A DNA stretch of 64,000 nucleotides from an uncultured Alphaproteobacteria bacterium. Lineage in GTDB: Bacteria > Pseudomonadota > Alphaproteobacteria > HIMB59 > GCA-002718135. Each line of letters starts with the position of its first letter. The first letter of the stretch is position 1. Below, one piece after another: positions 8,638-17,459 of the stretch. The stretch lies in contig CACJAV010000004.1 of the NCBI GenBank assembly GCA_902591485.1, positions 28,502 to 92,501 of the forward strand. The letters are read 5' to 3'. The position numbers and the translations under genes are program-made. The notes under the pieces were generated by a model. That model worked only from the letters and a program-made list of their open reading frames with translations, had not been told where the DNA came from and did no database searches.

Positions 8638-9423
8638 ATGAATAAACTATTAAACATTTGGAAAGAAAATAAACCTGTTATAAATGCATGGTTATCCATA
8701 CCTAATTCTTTTACCGCTGAAGCTTTTGGCAAAATGGGTTGGGATGCTATCACAATTGATATGCAGCACGGACAAACAGATTATTCTGCTAGTTTACCGA
8801 TGTTGCAAGCTTTATCATCAAGTCAGTCAACTCCCATGGTACGAGTTCCATGGTCTGAGCCTGGAATCATAATGAGAATGCTAGATTTAGGGATGCTAGG
8901 TATCATTGCCCCAATGATTAATAACAAACAAGATTGTGAAAGATTTGTATCCTATTGTTACTATCCTCCAATTGGGCAAAGAAGCTTTGGCCCGATGCGC
9001 GCGCAATTGATTCATGGATCTGATTATTTTTCAAAAGCTAATGAGAATATCTTAAGTTTTGCAATGATAGAAACTCAGGAAGCAGTTGATAATTTGGATG
9101 ATATTTTATCAGTTCCAAATTTAACTGGTGTTTATATTGGTCCTGCCGATATGAGTGTTTCTTATGGAATGAAACCAAAATTTGATGTCAAAGAAGATCC
9201 TGTATTCTCAAATATCAAACTAATTGCAAAAAAAGCAAATGAAAAAGGTAAGATTGCAGGTATACATAATGGGACGACTCAATATGCGAAAGAAATGATA
9301 GATATTGGTTTTAAATTAGTAACAATTTCATCAGACTTTAGATCAATGTCTGCACATGCTCAATCAGTTATTGATGACATGAAGGAAAAAAATAAAGACT
9401 CTAATCCAACTGAAGCCTATTAG
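8638..9423 (+). CDS. HpcH/HpaI-family aldolase
   Basis: DMQHG, MVRVP and GPADMS motifs are present. The ORF track starts at TTG 8626, but the ATG at 8638 (MNKLLNIW) is more likely. Confidence 0.8.
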   Translation: MNKLLNIWKENKPVINAWLSIPNSFTAEAFGKMGWDAITIDMQHGQTDYSASLPMLQALSSSQSTPMVRVPWSEPGIIMRMLDLGMLGIIAPMINNKQDCERFVSYCYYPPIGQRSFGPMRAQLIHGSDYFSKANENILSFAMIETQEAVDNLDDILSVPNLTGVYIGPADMSVSYGMKPKFDVKEDPVFSNIKLIAKKANEKGKIAGIHNGTTQYAKEMIDIGFKLVTISSDFRSMSAHAQSVIDDMKEKNKDSNPTEAY

Positions 9424-9590
9424 TCTTTTTTTTCCTTCCGAAAAAAAGGAATTAAAAACACAAGACAAGCAATAAAGAAAAATAAACTCCCAAACATTGC
9501 CCAAAAACTTCCAACACTAGATATAATAAAACCTATTGCTGAAATAATAAACAGTATCCATCCTATTAAATTGATTGATTTATTACTCAT
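9420..9590 (-). CDS. Candidate 56-aa two-helix membrane protein coupled to the ABC-F gene
   Basis: Hand translation gives MSNKSINLIGWILFIISAIGFIISSVGSFWAMFGSLFFFIACLVFLIPFFRKEKKD*. The ATG overlaps the ABC-F stop (ATGAGTAA). Its own stop overlaps the aldolase stop (TTAG, 9420-9423). Confidence 0.45.
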   Translation of the reverse strand: MSNKSINLIGWILFIISAIGFIISSVGSFWAMFGSLFFFIACLVFLIPFFRKEKKD

Positions 9591-11400
9591 TTTCTTTTTT
9601 TAAAGCCTCTTCCATTTCTAATAACTCCAACCATCGTTGTTCTTTTTCATCAATTTCTTTTTCTAATATATTTAATTTTTTTGTTATGTCCTCAAATCTA
9701 TCTGGATTGCTAATATAAAGATTATTATCTTTCAATTCATTTTTTATTAAAGAAAGCTCATCCTCTTTTTTTGCAATTTCATTCGGAATATTTTCTAATT
9801 CAAATTTGAATTTAAAGGATAGCTTATCGCTAGTTTTACTTACTTTTAAATTGGATATCTTTTTTTTAGGGCGATTAATTTCTTTTTGATTTGATTGATG
9901 GTTAAGAAAATCACTATACCCACCTAGAAACATTGATACTTTACCGTTACCTTCAAAGTACATAATTTTATTAACAGTTTGGTCTAAAAAATCTCTATCA
10001 TGAGATACTATTAATAACGTCCCTTTATAATTAGATAGCATTTCAGTTAACAAATCCATAGTTTCAAGATCTAGATCATTTGTAGGTTCATCCAAAATAA
10101 GTCCCGTTTTAGGATTTGATAAAACTTTTGAAAGCAATAATCTATTTTGTTGCCCACCTGATAAAGATAAAATTGTATCATTAACCCGTTTTGGATCAAA
10201 TTGAAAATCTTTCAAATAACTACATACATGTCTTTCTTTTCCTTGCACTGATAAATAATCCCCTCCATTTGGGACTAAAATTTCTTTAAGAGATTTGTTT
10301 GTGTTTAGATCATTTCGCAGTTGATCAAAATAGGAGAACTCTAAATTTTTTTTAAGCTTAACACTCCCACTTGATGCTTCTAATTCTCCTATCAAAGTTT
10401 TCAAAAAAGTTGATTTGCCTGTTCCGTTTTTACCAAGAAGTCCTATTCGGTCGTTTTTAGTAATCTTAACAGATAAATCTTTTAGAATTTTGTTTGACGA
10501 ATTGGGGTATTGCACTGAAGTTTTATAAAATTCTGCAACAAATCGAGAGTTGTCACTAGAAGGTTTGAATACAATAGGTTTAATTGATTTTATTGCCTTA
10601 CGATAAGAAGACTCATCTTTTTCTAGTTGTTCTTTTAATTGTTTTGCCCTCTCTAATCTTTTAACATTTCTTTTAACTCTTGCTTTCACTCCTCTTTGTG
10701 CCCATTCAACTTCTAAATTGACAAACTGTTTTCTATTTCTTAATTCCCTGGCTTCTTGATCTAATAATTCTTCAGACCAAGAATCAAAATTTTTAAATCC
10801 TTTAGGGCTTACTTTTAAATCGCCTCTATCTAGCCAAAAAACTTTATTGGTAAAATTAGCTAAAAATGTTCTATCGTGGCTAACACATAGCATTACTTTA
10901 TTTGAGTCTTTCAAATGTTTTTCTAACCATTGAATACATTCTAGATCTAAATGGTTTGTTGGCTCATCCAGTAACACAATATCTGAGTCAGGTATCAAAC
11001 TTTTAGCAAGAGCAATTCTTCTTTTTTGTCCTCCAGAAAGACTATCAGTTGTTGCATGTTTATTAAGATTTAAGTTATCACAATAAATATCAATTTTATA
11101 TTTTTCATCATCACTCAACACAACTTTCATCATTTCTTCTTCTACTGTTTTAGATAAATCAATCTCAAAATTCTGAGTGAAGTAAGATATTTGTAAATTA
11201 GGGTAACTCCATAACTCACCATTATCTAGATCTTGAGTGCCCATAATTATTTTCATTAATGTTGTTTTGCCAACACCATTTTTCCCTACTAAGGCAATCA
11301 AGTCATTTCTATGGATATTTAAATTTAAATTTTTAAATATTTCCTTCTTTCCAAAACGTACGTCAACCTCTCTTAGTGAAAATATTAAATCACTAGGCAT
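9583..11400 (-). CDS. ABC-F family ATPase (Uup-like), two ABC domains plus a C-terminal coiled coil
   Basis: 605 aa with two Walker A motifs (GKNGVGKTT, GKNGTGKST), two LSGGQ signatures, no TMD, and a K/E-rich C-terminus. Confidence 0.9.
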   Translation of the reverse strand: MPSDLIFSLREVDVRFGKKEIFKNLNLNIHRNDLIALVGKNGVGKTTLMKIIMGTQDLDNGELWSYPNLQISYFTQNFEIDLSKTVEEEMMKVVLSDDEKYKIDIYCDNLNLNKHATTDSLSGGQKRRIALAKSLIPDSDIVLLDEPTNHLDLECIQWLEKHLKDSNKVMLCVSHDRTFLANFTNKVFWLDRGDLKVSPKGFKNFDSWSEELLDQEARELRNRKQFVNLEVEWAQRGVKARVKRNVKRLERAKQLKEQLEKDESSYRKAIKSIKPIVFKPSSDNSRFVAEFYKTSVQYPNSSNKILKDLSVKITKNDRIGLLGKNGTGKSTFLKTLIGELEASSGSVKLKKNLEFSYFDQLRNDLNTNKSLKEILVPNGGDYLSVQGKERHVCSYLKDFQFDPKRVNDTILSLSGGQQNRLLLSKVLSNPKTGLILDEPTNDLDLETMDLLTEMLSNYKGTLLIVSHDRDFLDQTVNKIMYFEGNGKVSMFLGGYSDFLNHQSNQKEINRPKKKISNLKVSKTSDKLSFKFKFELENIPNEIAKKEDELSLIKNELKDNNLYISNPDRFEDITKKLNILEKEIDEKEQRWLELLEMEEALKKENE

Positions 11401-11550
11401 TTATTTTAAATATAAAAAAAGAAACTCTATTAGGCCCAATATTAAAAATAAAAAAACTATTCTTTTTAAAGACCATTGGCCTGAAGGAAAAATTAAATTA
11501 AAAAATTTTTGCATAAAGGCTAATATTACTAAATATGGAAAAAATCTAAC

Positions 11551-11575
11551 ATAAACGCTTTTATAAAGCGTTTAT
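11551..11575 (-). terminator. Stem-loop downstream of 11590-11955
   Basis: ATAAACGCTTT-TAT-AAAGCGTTTAT is a perfect 11-bp-arm palindrome 15 nt past the stop. U-rich sequence follows on both strands. Confidence 0.45.
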
Positions 11576-11589
11576 GTTTTATTTATTTA

Positions 11590-11955
11590 TTAATCTTTAC
11601 TGTACATGTAAAATAATACTGCAAAGACAGCAGTAATAACTAAATTTACATAAGCTGTTGGACCACCTGCTGCTCCAGTAGCGACATGATAAATTATCAT
11701 CAATGTCCATAAGGCCCCACCTAAAGAATAGAGCATGCCCATAGATTTTGCACTATCACCAAGTGTATCCGGAATTCTCCAAGCCCAAATTCCTATTATG
11801 AGCAAGGTTAAACCAAATATTTGTCCTAGAGTTAACATATCTGCCGTTACTTCCCATCCAGCAGCACTAAAAAATGCTGTGCCTGCAAATATCCCAGCAA
11901 GACCATTGATAGCTAAAATTATTGCTTGAACCTTAAATATTGTTCTCAAATTCAT
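11590..11955 (-). CDS. Small 4-TM membrane protein, unknown function (paralog of 12542-12913)
   Basis: 121 aa. It shares the W-WR-x-D-x-GD-x-KS-G-L pattern with the paralog. A perfect AGGAGG lies 5 nt upstream of the ATG (11961-11966). Confidence 0.75.
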   Translation of the reverse strand: MNLRTIFKVQAIILAINGLAGIFAGTAFFSAAGWEVTADMLTLGQIFGLTLLIIGIWAWRIPDTLGDSAKSMGMLYSLGGALWTLMIIYHVATGAAGGPTAYVNLVITAVFAVLFYMYSKD

Positions 11956-12015
11956 TGCTTCCTCCTGTTTATATTGCTTTACCTCTATTATATTTTTTAC
12001 AGATTCGTTATGTTA

Positions 12016-12489
12016 TTAATTTTTATTCTGTCGACGATACGCATAAGGTTCAATAAATTCACTTTTCCATATTCCTAATTTTTTATCATTAGCATATTCT
12101 TCTTCGACAACATAATCTTTAGAATAATAACGATATGCAATTGCCCAACCATTTTTAACCATCCACTGATTAATATTAATTTCATTAACAAAACAAACAG
12201 CTATATAGCGATTATACCTATCAACATCATTTGTAACACACTCTACTTTTTGATTATTGATTAAGTTTTTCAATTCTTTTGTTGATTGCTTGCCGCAGTA
12301 CCAATCTTCATTATCAATTTTACATGTCTGTTTTGTTTCTGGAGCATCAATACCATGTAGTCTTATTTTATTACTCTTGATATAGATGGTGTCTCCATCA
12401 ATAATTTTTGCTTGACCCAATATTGTCTTAGCATTCCCAATATTTGTTACAGGTAATAAAAAAAGAATAATTAAAATAAATACTTTCAT
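12016..12489 (-). CDS. Secreted thermonuclease (SNase/micrococcal nuclease family)
   Basis: 157 aa with a signal peptide. IDGDTI...IRLHGIDAPE and W..A.R motifs are present. Confidence 0.85.
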   Translation of the reverse strand: MKVFILIILFLLPVTNIGNAKTILGQAKIIDGDTIYIKSNKIRLHGIDAPETKQTCKIDNEDWYCGKQSTKELKNLINNQKVECVTNDVDRYNRYIAVCFVNEININQWMVKNGWAIAYRYYSKDYVVEEEYANDKKLGIWKSEFIEPYAYRRQNKN

Positions 12490-12511
12490 AAAGATTTTTA
12501 GGAATTAAAAA

Positions 12512-12530
12512 GCGGGAAAATTTTTCCCGC
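12512..12530 (-). terminator. Rho-independent terminator after 12542-12913
   Basis: GCGGGAAAA/TTTTCCCGC hairpin followed by UUUU on the minus strand. Confidence 0.6.
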
Positions 12531-12541
12531 CTTTATCAATC

Positions 12542-12913
12542 TTAAGTATTTTCTCTACTTGAATAAAAAAATGCCGAAGCCAATACTAAACTTATAATAA
12601 TATTGAAATATACAGGAAAACCAGAAAATTGATCTGTTGCTGCTTGGTAAGCTGTAAGTAAAATAAATATACAATGTATTATTCCAAAAAGTTTCCCAAA
12701 AGACTTTATTGCATCACCTGCTATATCAGCAGTCCTCCAAGATATAATTGCTAAACAAAATCCAAATGTTCCAACAGCTTGTACTAAGGTATAAGCTGCT
12801 GCATTGGGAGTCAAGCCTCCACCTTCAAACCACATATCTGGCATAAAGAATGCAGACAAGGAGCTTAATGCCATATAAACTCCATTAATTTTTAAAATTA
12901 AATTAGTGCTCAT
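12542..12913 (-). CDS. Small 4-TM membrane protein, unknown function (paralog of 11590-11955)
   Basis: 123 aa. GGAGG lies 7 nt upstream of the ATG (12921-12925). Confidence 0.75.
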   Translation of the reverse strand: MSTNLILKINGVYMALSSLSAFFMPDMWFEGGGLTPNAAAYTLVQAVGTFGFCLAIISWRTADIAGDAIKSFGKLFGIIHCIFILLTAYQAATDQFSGFPVYFNIIISLVLASAFFYSSRENT

Positions 12914-13037
12914 GTTATTACCTCCACTATTTAATTTTAATATACTACATAAAATGATTCACAAATTAATTGATCTATTATTTTAAAACCTTAGGATTAT
13001 TGAGTAGCTCCCCACTCTATGATAATAGGATTTTATG

Positions 13038-13112
13038 CTGATATAGTATAATGGTTATTACAGGCCGTTGGTAACGGTCAGATCCAAGTTCGATTCTCGG
13101 TATCAGCACCAT
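13038..13112 (+). tRNA. tRNA-Thr (anticodon GGU), CCA encoded
   Basis: Folded by hand. The 7-bp acceptor stem is GCUGAUA/UAUCAGC. The D-loop contains GG. The anticodon stem is GGCCG/CGGUC with loop UUGGUAA. The T-arm is CCAAG-UUCGAUU-CUCGG with one A.C mismatch. Discriminator A is followed by CCA. G1-C72 and C2-G71 fit Thr identity. Confidence 0.85.
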
Positions 13113-13119
13113 TTGTATA

Positions 13120-13139
13120 GCACTCTTTAAAGAGTGCTA
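13120..13139. terminator. Perfect 20-nt palindrome between the tRNA and the convergent membrane-protein gene
   Basis: The sequence is AGCACTCTTTAAAGAGTGCT. There is no clear U-tract on either strand, so its function (terminator or processing signal) is uncertain. Confidence 0.4.
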
Positions 13140-13148
13140 AAATAAAGT

Positions 13149-13550
13149 TTATAAAGTGAAGTACCGAATTAAAATCACTACCATTGGTATCAATGGTCTG
13201 ATAGCATTTTTTATATGGTGATCATTACCATCATGGGTTGGTAAAATTTTCATGACCAATGCCATATTGTAAAGGAAAGCTAAAATAGTAAATATAAAAA
13301 TAGCTCCAAATATTTCATTTGCTGATGTCACCCCTGCAATTTGAAATAATGCTAAAATAGCCATTACAATACATCCAATCATTAAAAAACCTAATGGTCT
13401 GCCCATATAAGACGCCTGGATATTATCAAATCCAATACTCTTTTGAGCAAAATTCTTATTAAACGCAAAATTTAATCCAAAAAAACCACCGAATAAAATT
13501 AGAAAAACATGACAAAGAAAAGGTATCATGCCTCCTGCTGATTCAATCAT
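13149..13550 (-). CDS. Small 4-TM membrane protein, unknown function
   Basis: 133 aa and hydrophobic. AGGAGG lies 4 nt upstream of the ATG (13555-13560). Confidence 0.7.
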   Translation of the reverse strand: MIESAGGMIPFLCHVFLILFGGFFGLNFAFNKNFAQKSIGFDNIQASYMGRPLGFLMIGCIVMAILALFQIAGVTSANEIFGAIFIFTILAFLYNMALVMKILPTHDGNDHHIKNAIRPLIPMVVILIRYFTL

Positions 13551-13615
13551 AAAACCTCCTATATTTTATTTATTAATTATTATAGGCTATGAAATTATGA
13601 TTCAATCTAATTATC

Positions 13616-13683
13616 AAAGGTCGAGTCTGGCATTTGTGCAAAGGTAGAAATCGGAAAAAAAATACCAGACTCGTTAAGCCTTT
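13616..13683. other. Long imperfect inverted repeat, candidate structured RNA or protein-binding element
   Basis: AAAGG-t-CGAGTCTGG (13616-13630) pairs with CCAGACTCG-ttaag-CCTTT (13665-13683) around a 34-nt loop. It lies in the largest non-coding gap of the window (13551-13772). Confidence 0.3.
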
Positions 13684-13772
13684 TAGAGAATTTTATTACA
13701 TAAATAAGCACTTTGCTTTATTGCTTAATAAATAAAGAAAAAAATCCAATTTTAAGATAGAATCGAAATACA

Positions 13773-14420
13773 ATGATTAAAATTTATTATAGTCATACAC
13801 CTTTCTGGAGAGCTGAGGTGCTCAGAGTATCTTTATTTATAAGCAATACGCCTTTTGAGGATGTAAGGATTTCACGAGAAGAATTTATTAATATGATTAA
13901 AACTGGCTATTTACCTAATGGAAAAAAAGTACCATTTCATCAATTGCCTGTAATAGAAGTAGATGGTGAGATTATTGGTCAGACAGGCGCCATAGCAAGA
14001 TATTGTGGTAAGATTTCTAATTTATATTCCAATGATAACACTAATGCTGCAAAAATTGATCAGATTATAGATGCCGCAACAGATATAACAAATTTAGTAA
14101 GTCCAACAATCAGAGAAAAAGATGAACAAAAAAAAATAGAAGATAGGCTATTATTAAAAAATAAACTTTTACCAAGATGGTTTAGGTATCTAGAAAACAT
14201 TTTATCAGAAAGCACATCTGATTGGTTTGTTGAAAATAAAATGACTATTGCCGATATTGCTATGTGGCGATTACTTGGATGGCTTATATCCGGAATTATT
14301 GATGGTATTCCTACTACAATAGTCGACAGCTATCCAAAATTGAAAAATATTCATAATAATGTTCATCACCACCCTAAAGTTCAAGAGTGGATGCTCAAAA
14401 CGTATGGGAAGGAAATCTGA
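13773..14420 (+). CDS. Glutathione S-transferase family protein
   Basis: 215 aa with a thioredoxin-like N-domain (FHQLPVIEVDG..IGQTGAIARY) and a helical C-domain. Confidence 0.8.
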   Translation: MIKIYYSHTPFWRAEVLRVSLFISNTPFEDVRISREEFINMIKTGYLPNGKKVPFHQLPVIEVDGEIIGQTGAIARYCGKISNLYSNDNTNAAKIDQIIDAATDITNLVSPTIREKDEQKKIEDRLLLKNKLLPRWFRYLENILSESTSDWFVENKMTIADIAMWRLLGWLISGIIDGIPTTIVDSYPKLKNIHNNVHHHPKVQEWMLKTYGKEI

Positions 14421-14423
14421 TTG

Positions 14424-15158
14424 ATGACTGCTCTTAGTGTAAATGTAAATAAGTTTGCCTTAATACGAAATGCAAGAGGAGCAGATCTTCCTAACTTGTA
14501 TGATATTAGTAAAAAATGCATTGAGTTTGGTGCTGACGGTATAACTGTTCACCCAAGACCGGATGAAAGGCATGCAAAATTTTCAGATTTGGAAATACTA
14601 AAAAATCTCACCAGTGAATTTGGAAATATTGAGTTCAATATTGAAGGATATCCTTCAAATGATTTTATCCAAAAAGTAATTACGGTAATGCCAGATCAAG
14701 TAACGTTAGTTCCTGATCCTCCAGATGCACTTACATCATCATTTGGTTGGGATTGTGAAAAAAACAAAGATTTTTTAAAAGAGGTCATAAAAAAATTTAA
14801 AAACAACAATATTCGTGTTTCAATTTTTATCAATCCATCGATTGACACACTTAATAACTTAGACATTATTAAGCCAGATAGAGTAGAGTTATACACCTAT
14901 GATTACGCAAAAAATTATTACGAAGATAAGACGTTAGCTATTGAACCCTATATTGAAGTAACAAAGTTTTTAGAAAAAGAATTCCCAAATATTGAGTTAA
15001 ATGCTGGACATGATTTAAATCTGGATAATTTAGACTTTATGCTAAAAAATATTCCTAGAATAAAAGAGGTGTCGATTGGTCATGCGCTGGTTTGTGATGC
15101 AATCGATTATGGTCTTAAAGAAACAATTAGTCAATACAAACAAATAGCCCAAAGATAA
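14424..15158 (+). CDS. pdxJ: Pyridoxine 5'-phosphate synthase
   Basis: LSVNVNKFALIRNARG, HPRPDERH and GHDLN motifs are present. The ORF-track TTG at 14421 is immediately followed by ATG at 14424. Confidence 0.9.
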   Translation: MTALSVNVNKFALIRNARGADLPNLYDISKKCIEFGADGITVHPRPDERHAKFSDLEILKNLTSEFGNIEFNIEGYPSNDFIQKVITVMPDQVTLVPDPPDALTSSFGWDCEKNKDFLKEVIKKFKNNNIRVSIFINPSIDTLNNLDIIKPDRVELYTYDYAKNYYEDKTLAIEPYIEVTKFLEKEFPNIELNAGHDLNLDNLDFMLKNIPRIKEVSIGHALVCDAIDYGLKETISQYKQIAQR

Positions 15159-15159
15159 A

Positions 15160-15783
15160 ATGAATAATTTCTTTTGGGTGCAATTTGCAGCAATCTGTCT
15201 GATTGGTGCTATGTCACCCGGTCCATCAATGGCCTTAATCATTAGAAATTCTATAAAGTATGGACGCATATCAGGAATATTATTTTCACTCGGTCATGCG
15301 ATAGGCATAGGAATTTATGCTACTGTGTCAGTACTGGGATTACAATTCATATTAATTAATAATTTATTGTTATTTAATGCTATTCAATTTTGCGGCAGTG
15401 TATTTTTATTAATTCTTGGCATCTTGTTTTTGCGTGATACTGCACATAACCTTTCATTAGAAAATGAACAAAAAAATGTTAATTCTTTAATGCAAGGATT
15501 TGCAATCTCTATTTTAAATCCTAAAATTTTAATTTGGTTTGCTGCTATATTTTCACAATTTATAGAAATCTCTTCTACAAATTTTGTTAAATTAGCTATG
15601 GTCCTCATTGCTTCATCCATAGATGGGTTATGGTACATTATATTAACCATTGTGGTTACAGGATTTGGATTAAAGCAATTTTTAGAACATAATACAAATA
15701 TTATTCAAAAGATCTCAGGGGTTGTCTTAATATGTATATCAATAATCATTTTGCATAAAACTTTAAGCCCATACTTCTTCTAG
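15160..15783 (+). CDS. LysE/RhtB-family amino-acid exporter
   Basis: 207 aa with 6 TM segments. The N-terminal SPGPSMALI motif is typical of LysE/RhtB. Confidence 0.85.
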   Translation: MNNFFWVQFAAICLIGAMSPGPSMALIIRNSIKYGRISGILFSLGHAIGIGIYATVSVLGLQFILINNLLLFNAIQFCGSVFLLILGILFLRDTAHNLSLENEQKNVNSLMQGFAISILNPKILIWFAAIFSQFIEISSTNFVKLAMVLIASSIDGLWYIILTIVVTGFGLKQFLEHNTNIIQKISGVVLICISIIILHKTLSPYFF

Positions 15784-16845
15784 CACTCTTATAATATTTT
15801 TACCCATAATTTTTTCAATTGAGTCTGTTGAATAGCCTCTTTTATCTAATTCTTCAGCTATAATCATATGATCCATGCAATCTTCCCAATGCTGAGGAAG
15901 ACAATCAAGACCATCATAATCACTTCCTATTCCTACATAATCATCACCAATCATTTTTGTAATGTATTCAATGTGATCAACAAAGATACTTATACTTGGA
16001 CAAACTTCTGATAATTTCTTTTGAAGAAAATGTTGTTTCGCAATCCATTTGCCCGCAGTAGTTTCTTGTTTGTTAGCAATTTCGTTAAGCTTTTCTCTGT
16101 ATTGATTTCTTATTTTTTCTTCTCTTATCTTAAAAGTTGGATCAATAAAAAAAGGATATGGATTTAAACCAATTAATCCATTCACCTCTTTAATAGCTTT
16201 GATCTGGTCATCTTTTAAATTTCTAAAATGCGGACATAAGTTATGGACGCTTGAATGAGAGGCGATAAATGGTTTTTGTGAATTTTCTTTAATATCCCAA
16301 AAACTTTTTTCTCCGATATGGGAGACATCAATTAGTACATTGTTTTCTTGACATGTATGAAGAACATTGATGCCGAATTCATTTAAACCATAAGTTTTAA
16401 GAGAGTTTTTTTTATGTGTTTCACCGTAACCTGAGCTAACCCAATCAAGTGAATGATTCCACGTAGGGCCAAAATAAAAAAGACCTTTATTAATAAAGTA
16501 TTCTAAATTTTCTATTTTATTTTCTAAGGCTTCCCCTCCTTCCATTCCAATTGGAAGAGAAAGTTCATTCTTTTCTTTTGCAGATTTAATATCATCAAGT
16601 GTTTGAGGGACGGTGACTCCTTCAATTTTATTTAATGCTTTAAGCTTTTCATACATTTTTGATGCAAAATCAAAATAACTTGTATTGGCTTCTTTTTCTG
16701 AAGCCCAGACAATCATTACCTCCAAATCGATAGAGGATAACTTTAGTCTCTCAATGTCTGTATGACCTGAGGATGTGTTCTTTGTCACATCCTCACCAAT
16801 CATCATTCTTTGCACAAGGTCATTATGCAAATCAGCAACAAACAT
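15763..16845 (-). CDS. Membrane dipeptidase (peptidase M19 family)
   Basis: 360 aa. DLHND at the N-terminus, DVSH and GSDYDG motifs are present. A 21-nt convergent overlap joins it to the LysE gene. Confidence 0.85.
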   Translation of the reverse strand: MFVADLHNDLVQRMMIGEDVTKNTSSGHTDIERLKLSSIDLEVMIVWASEKEANTSYFDFASKMYEKLKALNKIEGVTVPQTLDDIKSAKEKNELSLPIGMEGGEALENKIENLEYFINKGLFYFGPTWNHSLDWVSSGYGETHKKNSLKTYGLNEFGINVLHTCQENNVLIDVSHIGEKSFWDIKENSQKPFIASHSSVHNLCPHFRNLKDDQIKAIKEVNGLIGLNPYPFFIDPTFKIREEKIRNQYREKLNEIANKQETTAGKWIAKQHFLQKKLSEVCPSISIFVDHIEYITKMIGDDYVGIGSDYDGLDCLPQHWEDCMDHMIIAEELDKRGYSTDSIEKIMGKNIIRVLEEVWA

Positions 16846-16847
16846 AA

Positions 16848-17414
16848 TTATTCCGAAATAATTTCCATTTTGATGATTTTGTCAGGATCTTGAGGTGGTT
16901 CTCCTCTAGTAATATTATCAACTAGTTCCATGCCCTCTATTACTTGTGCCCAAACAGTATATTGACCATCTAAAAAGCTAGCATCATTAAAGACAATAAA
17001 AAACTGACTGTTTGCACTGTTTGGATTTTGTGCTCTAGCCATTGATACAGCGCCTCTTCCATGATTTGCATCAGAAAATTCAGCGGGAATATCCGGTAGG
17101 CTTGACCCTCCTGTTCCAGCTCTAGACATATTAAATTTTTCATTTGAAGAATTTCCAAATTCAACATCCCCCGTTTGAGCCATGAAACCATCAATTACTC
17201 TATGAAAAACAACACCATCATATTGTCCCTCACTAATTAGCTGTTTGATTTGTGCTACATGCTTTGGTGCTAAATCTGGTCTTGTTTCCATTTTTACCAC
17301 ACCATCTTTAAGCGTCATGTGTATTATATCTCTTTCTTGTGCCATAACTGATCCTCCAAAGATTAAAGTTGAGATTGCCAGGCTTAGTAATAAAGATTTT
17401 AAAATTTTAATCAT
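16848..17414 (-). CDS. Periplasmic cyclophilin-type peptidyl-prolyl isomerase
   Basis: FHRVIDGFMAQTGD and SQFFIV motifs are present. The ATG at 17414 (MIKILKSLLLSLAIS..., a signal peptide) is preferred over the GTG at 17435. Confidence 0.9.
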   Translation of the reverse strand: MIKILKSLLLSLAISTLIFGGSVMAQERDIIHMTLKDGVVKMETRPDLAPKHVAQIKQLISEGQYDGVVFHRVIDGFMAQTGDVEFGNSSNEKFNMSRAGTGGSSLPDIPAEFSDANHGRGAVSMARAQNPNSANSQFFIVFNDASFLDGQYTVWAQVIEGMELVDNITRGEPPQDPDKIIKMEIISE

Positions 17415-17459
17415 ATATGTTCCCTTTACCTTCACTCAAAAAGTTTTATATAGTGTCTA

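Noticed and set aside
13001-13029. Possible tRNA-Thr promoter, TTGAGT (13001-13006) with GATAAT (13022-13027).
   Set aside because: The spacer is 15 nt and A/T-rich hexamers occur by chance everywhere in this DNA. The evidence is not strong enough to list it as a feature.
11590-13772. tRNA-linked genomic islet (nuclease plus unknown membrane proteins next to tRNA-Thr).
   Set aside because: There is no integrase, recombinase or transposase. No direct repeat of the tRNA 3' end was found; the only match is a 9-nt TTCGATTCT in inverted orientation at ~13758-13766, which is expected by chance. Composition does not differ visibly from the surroundings.
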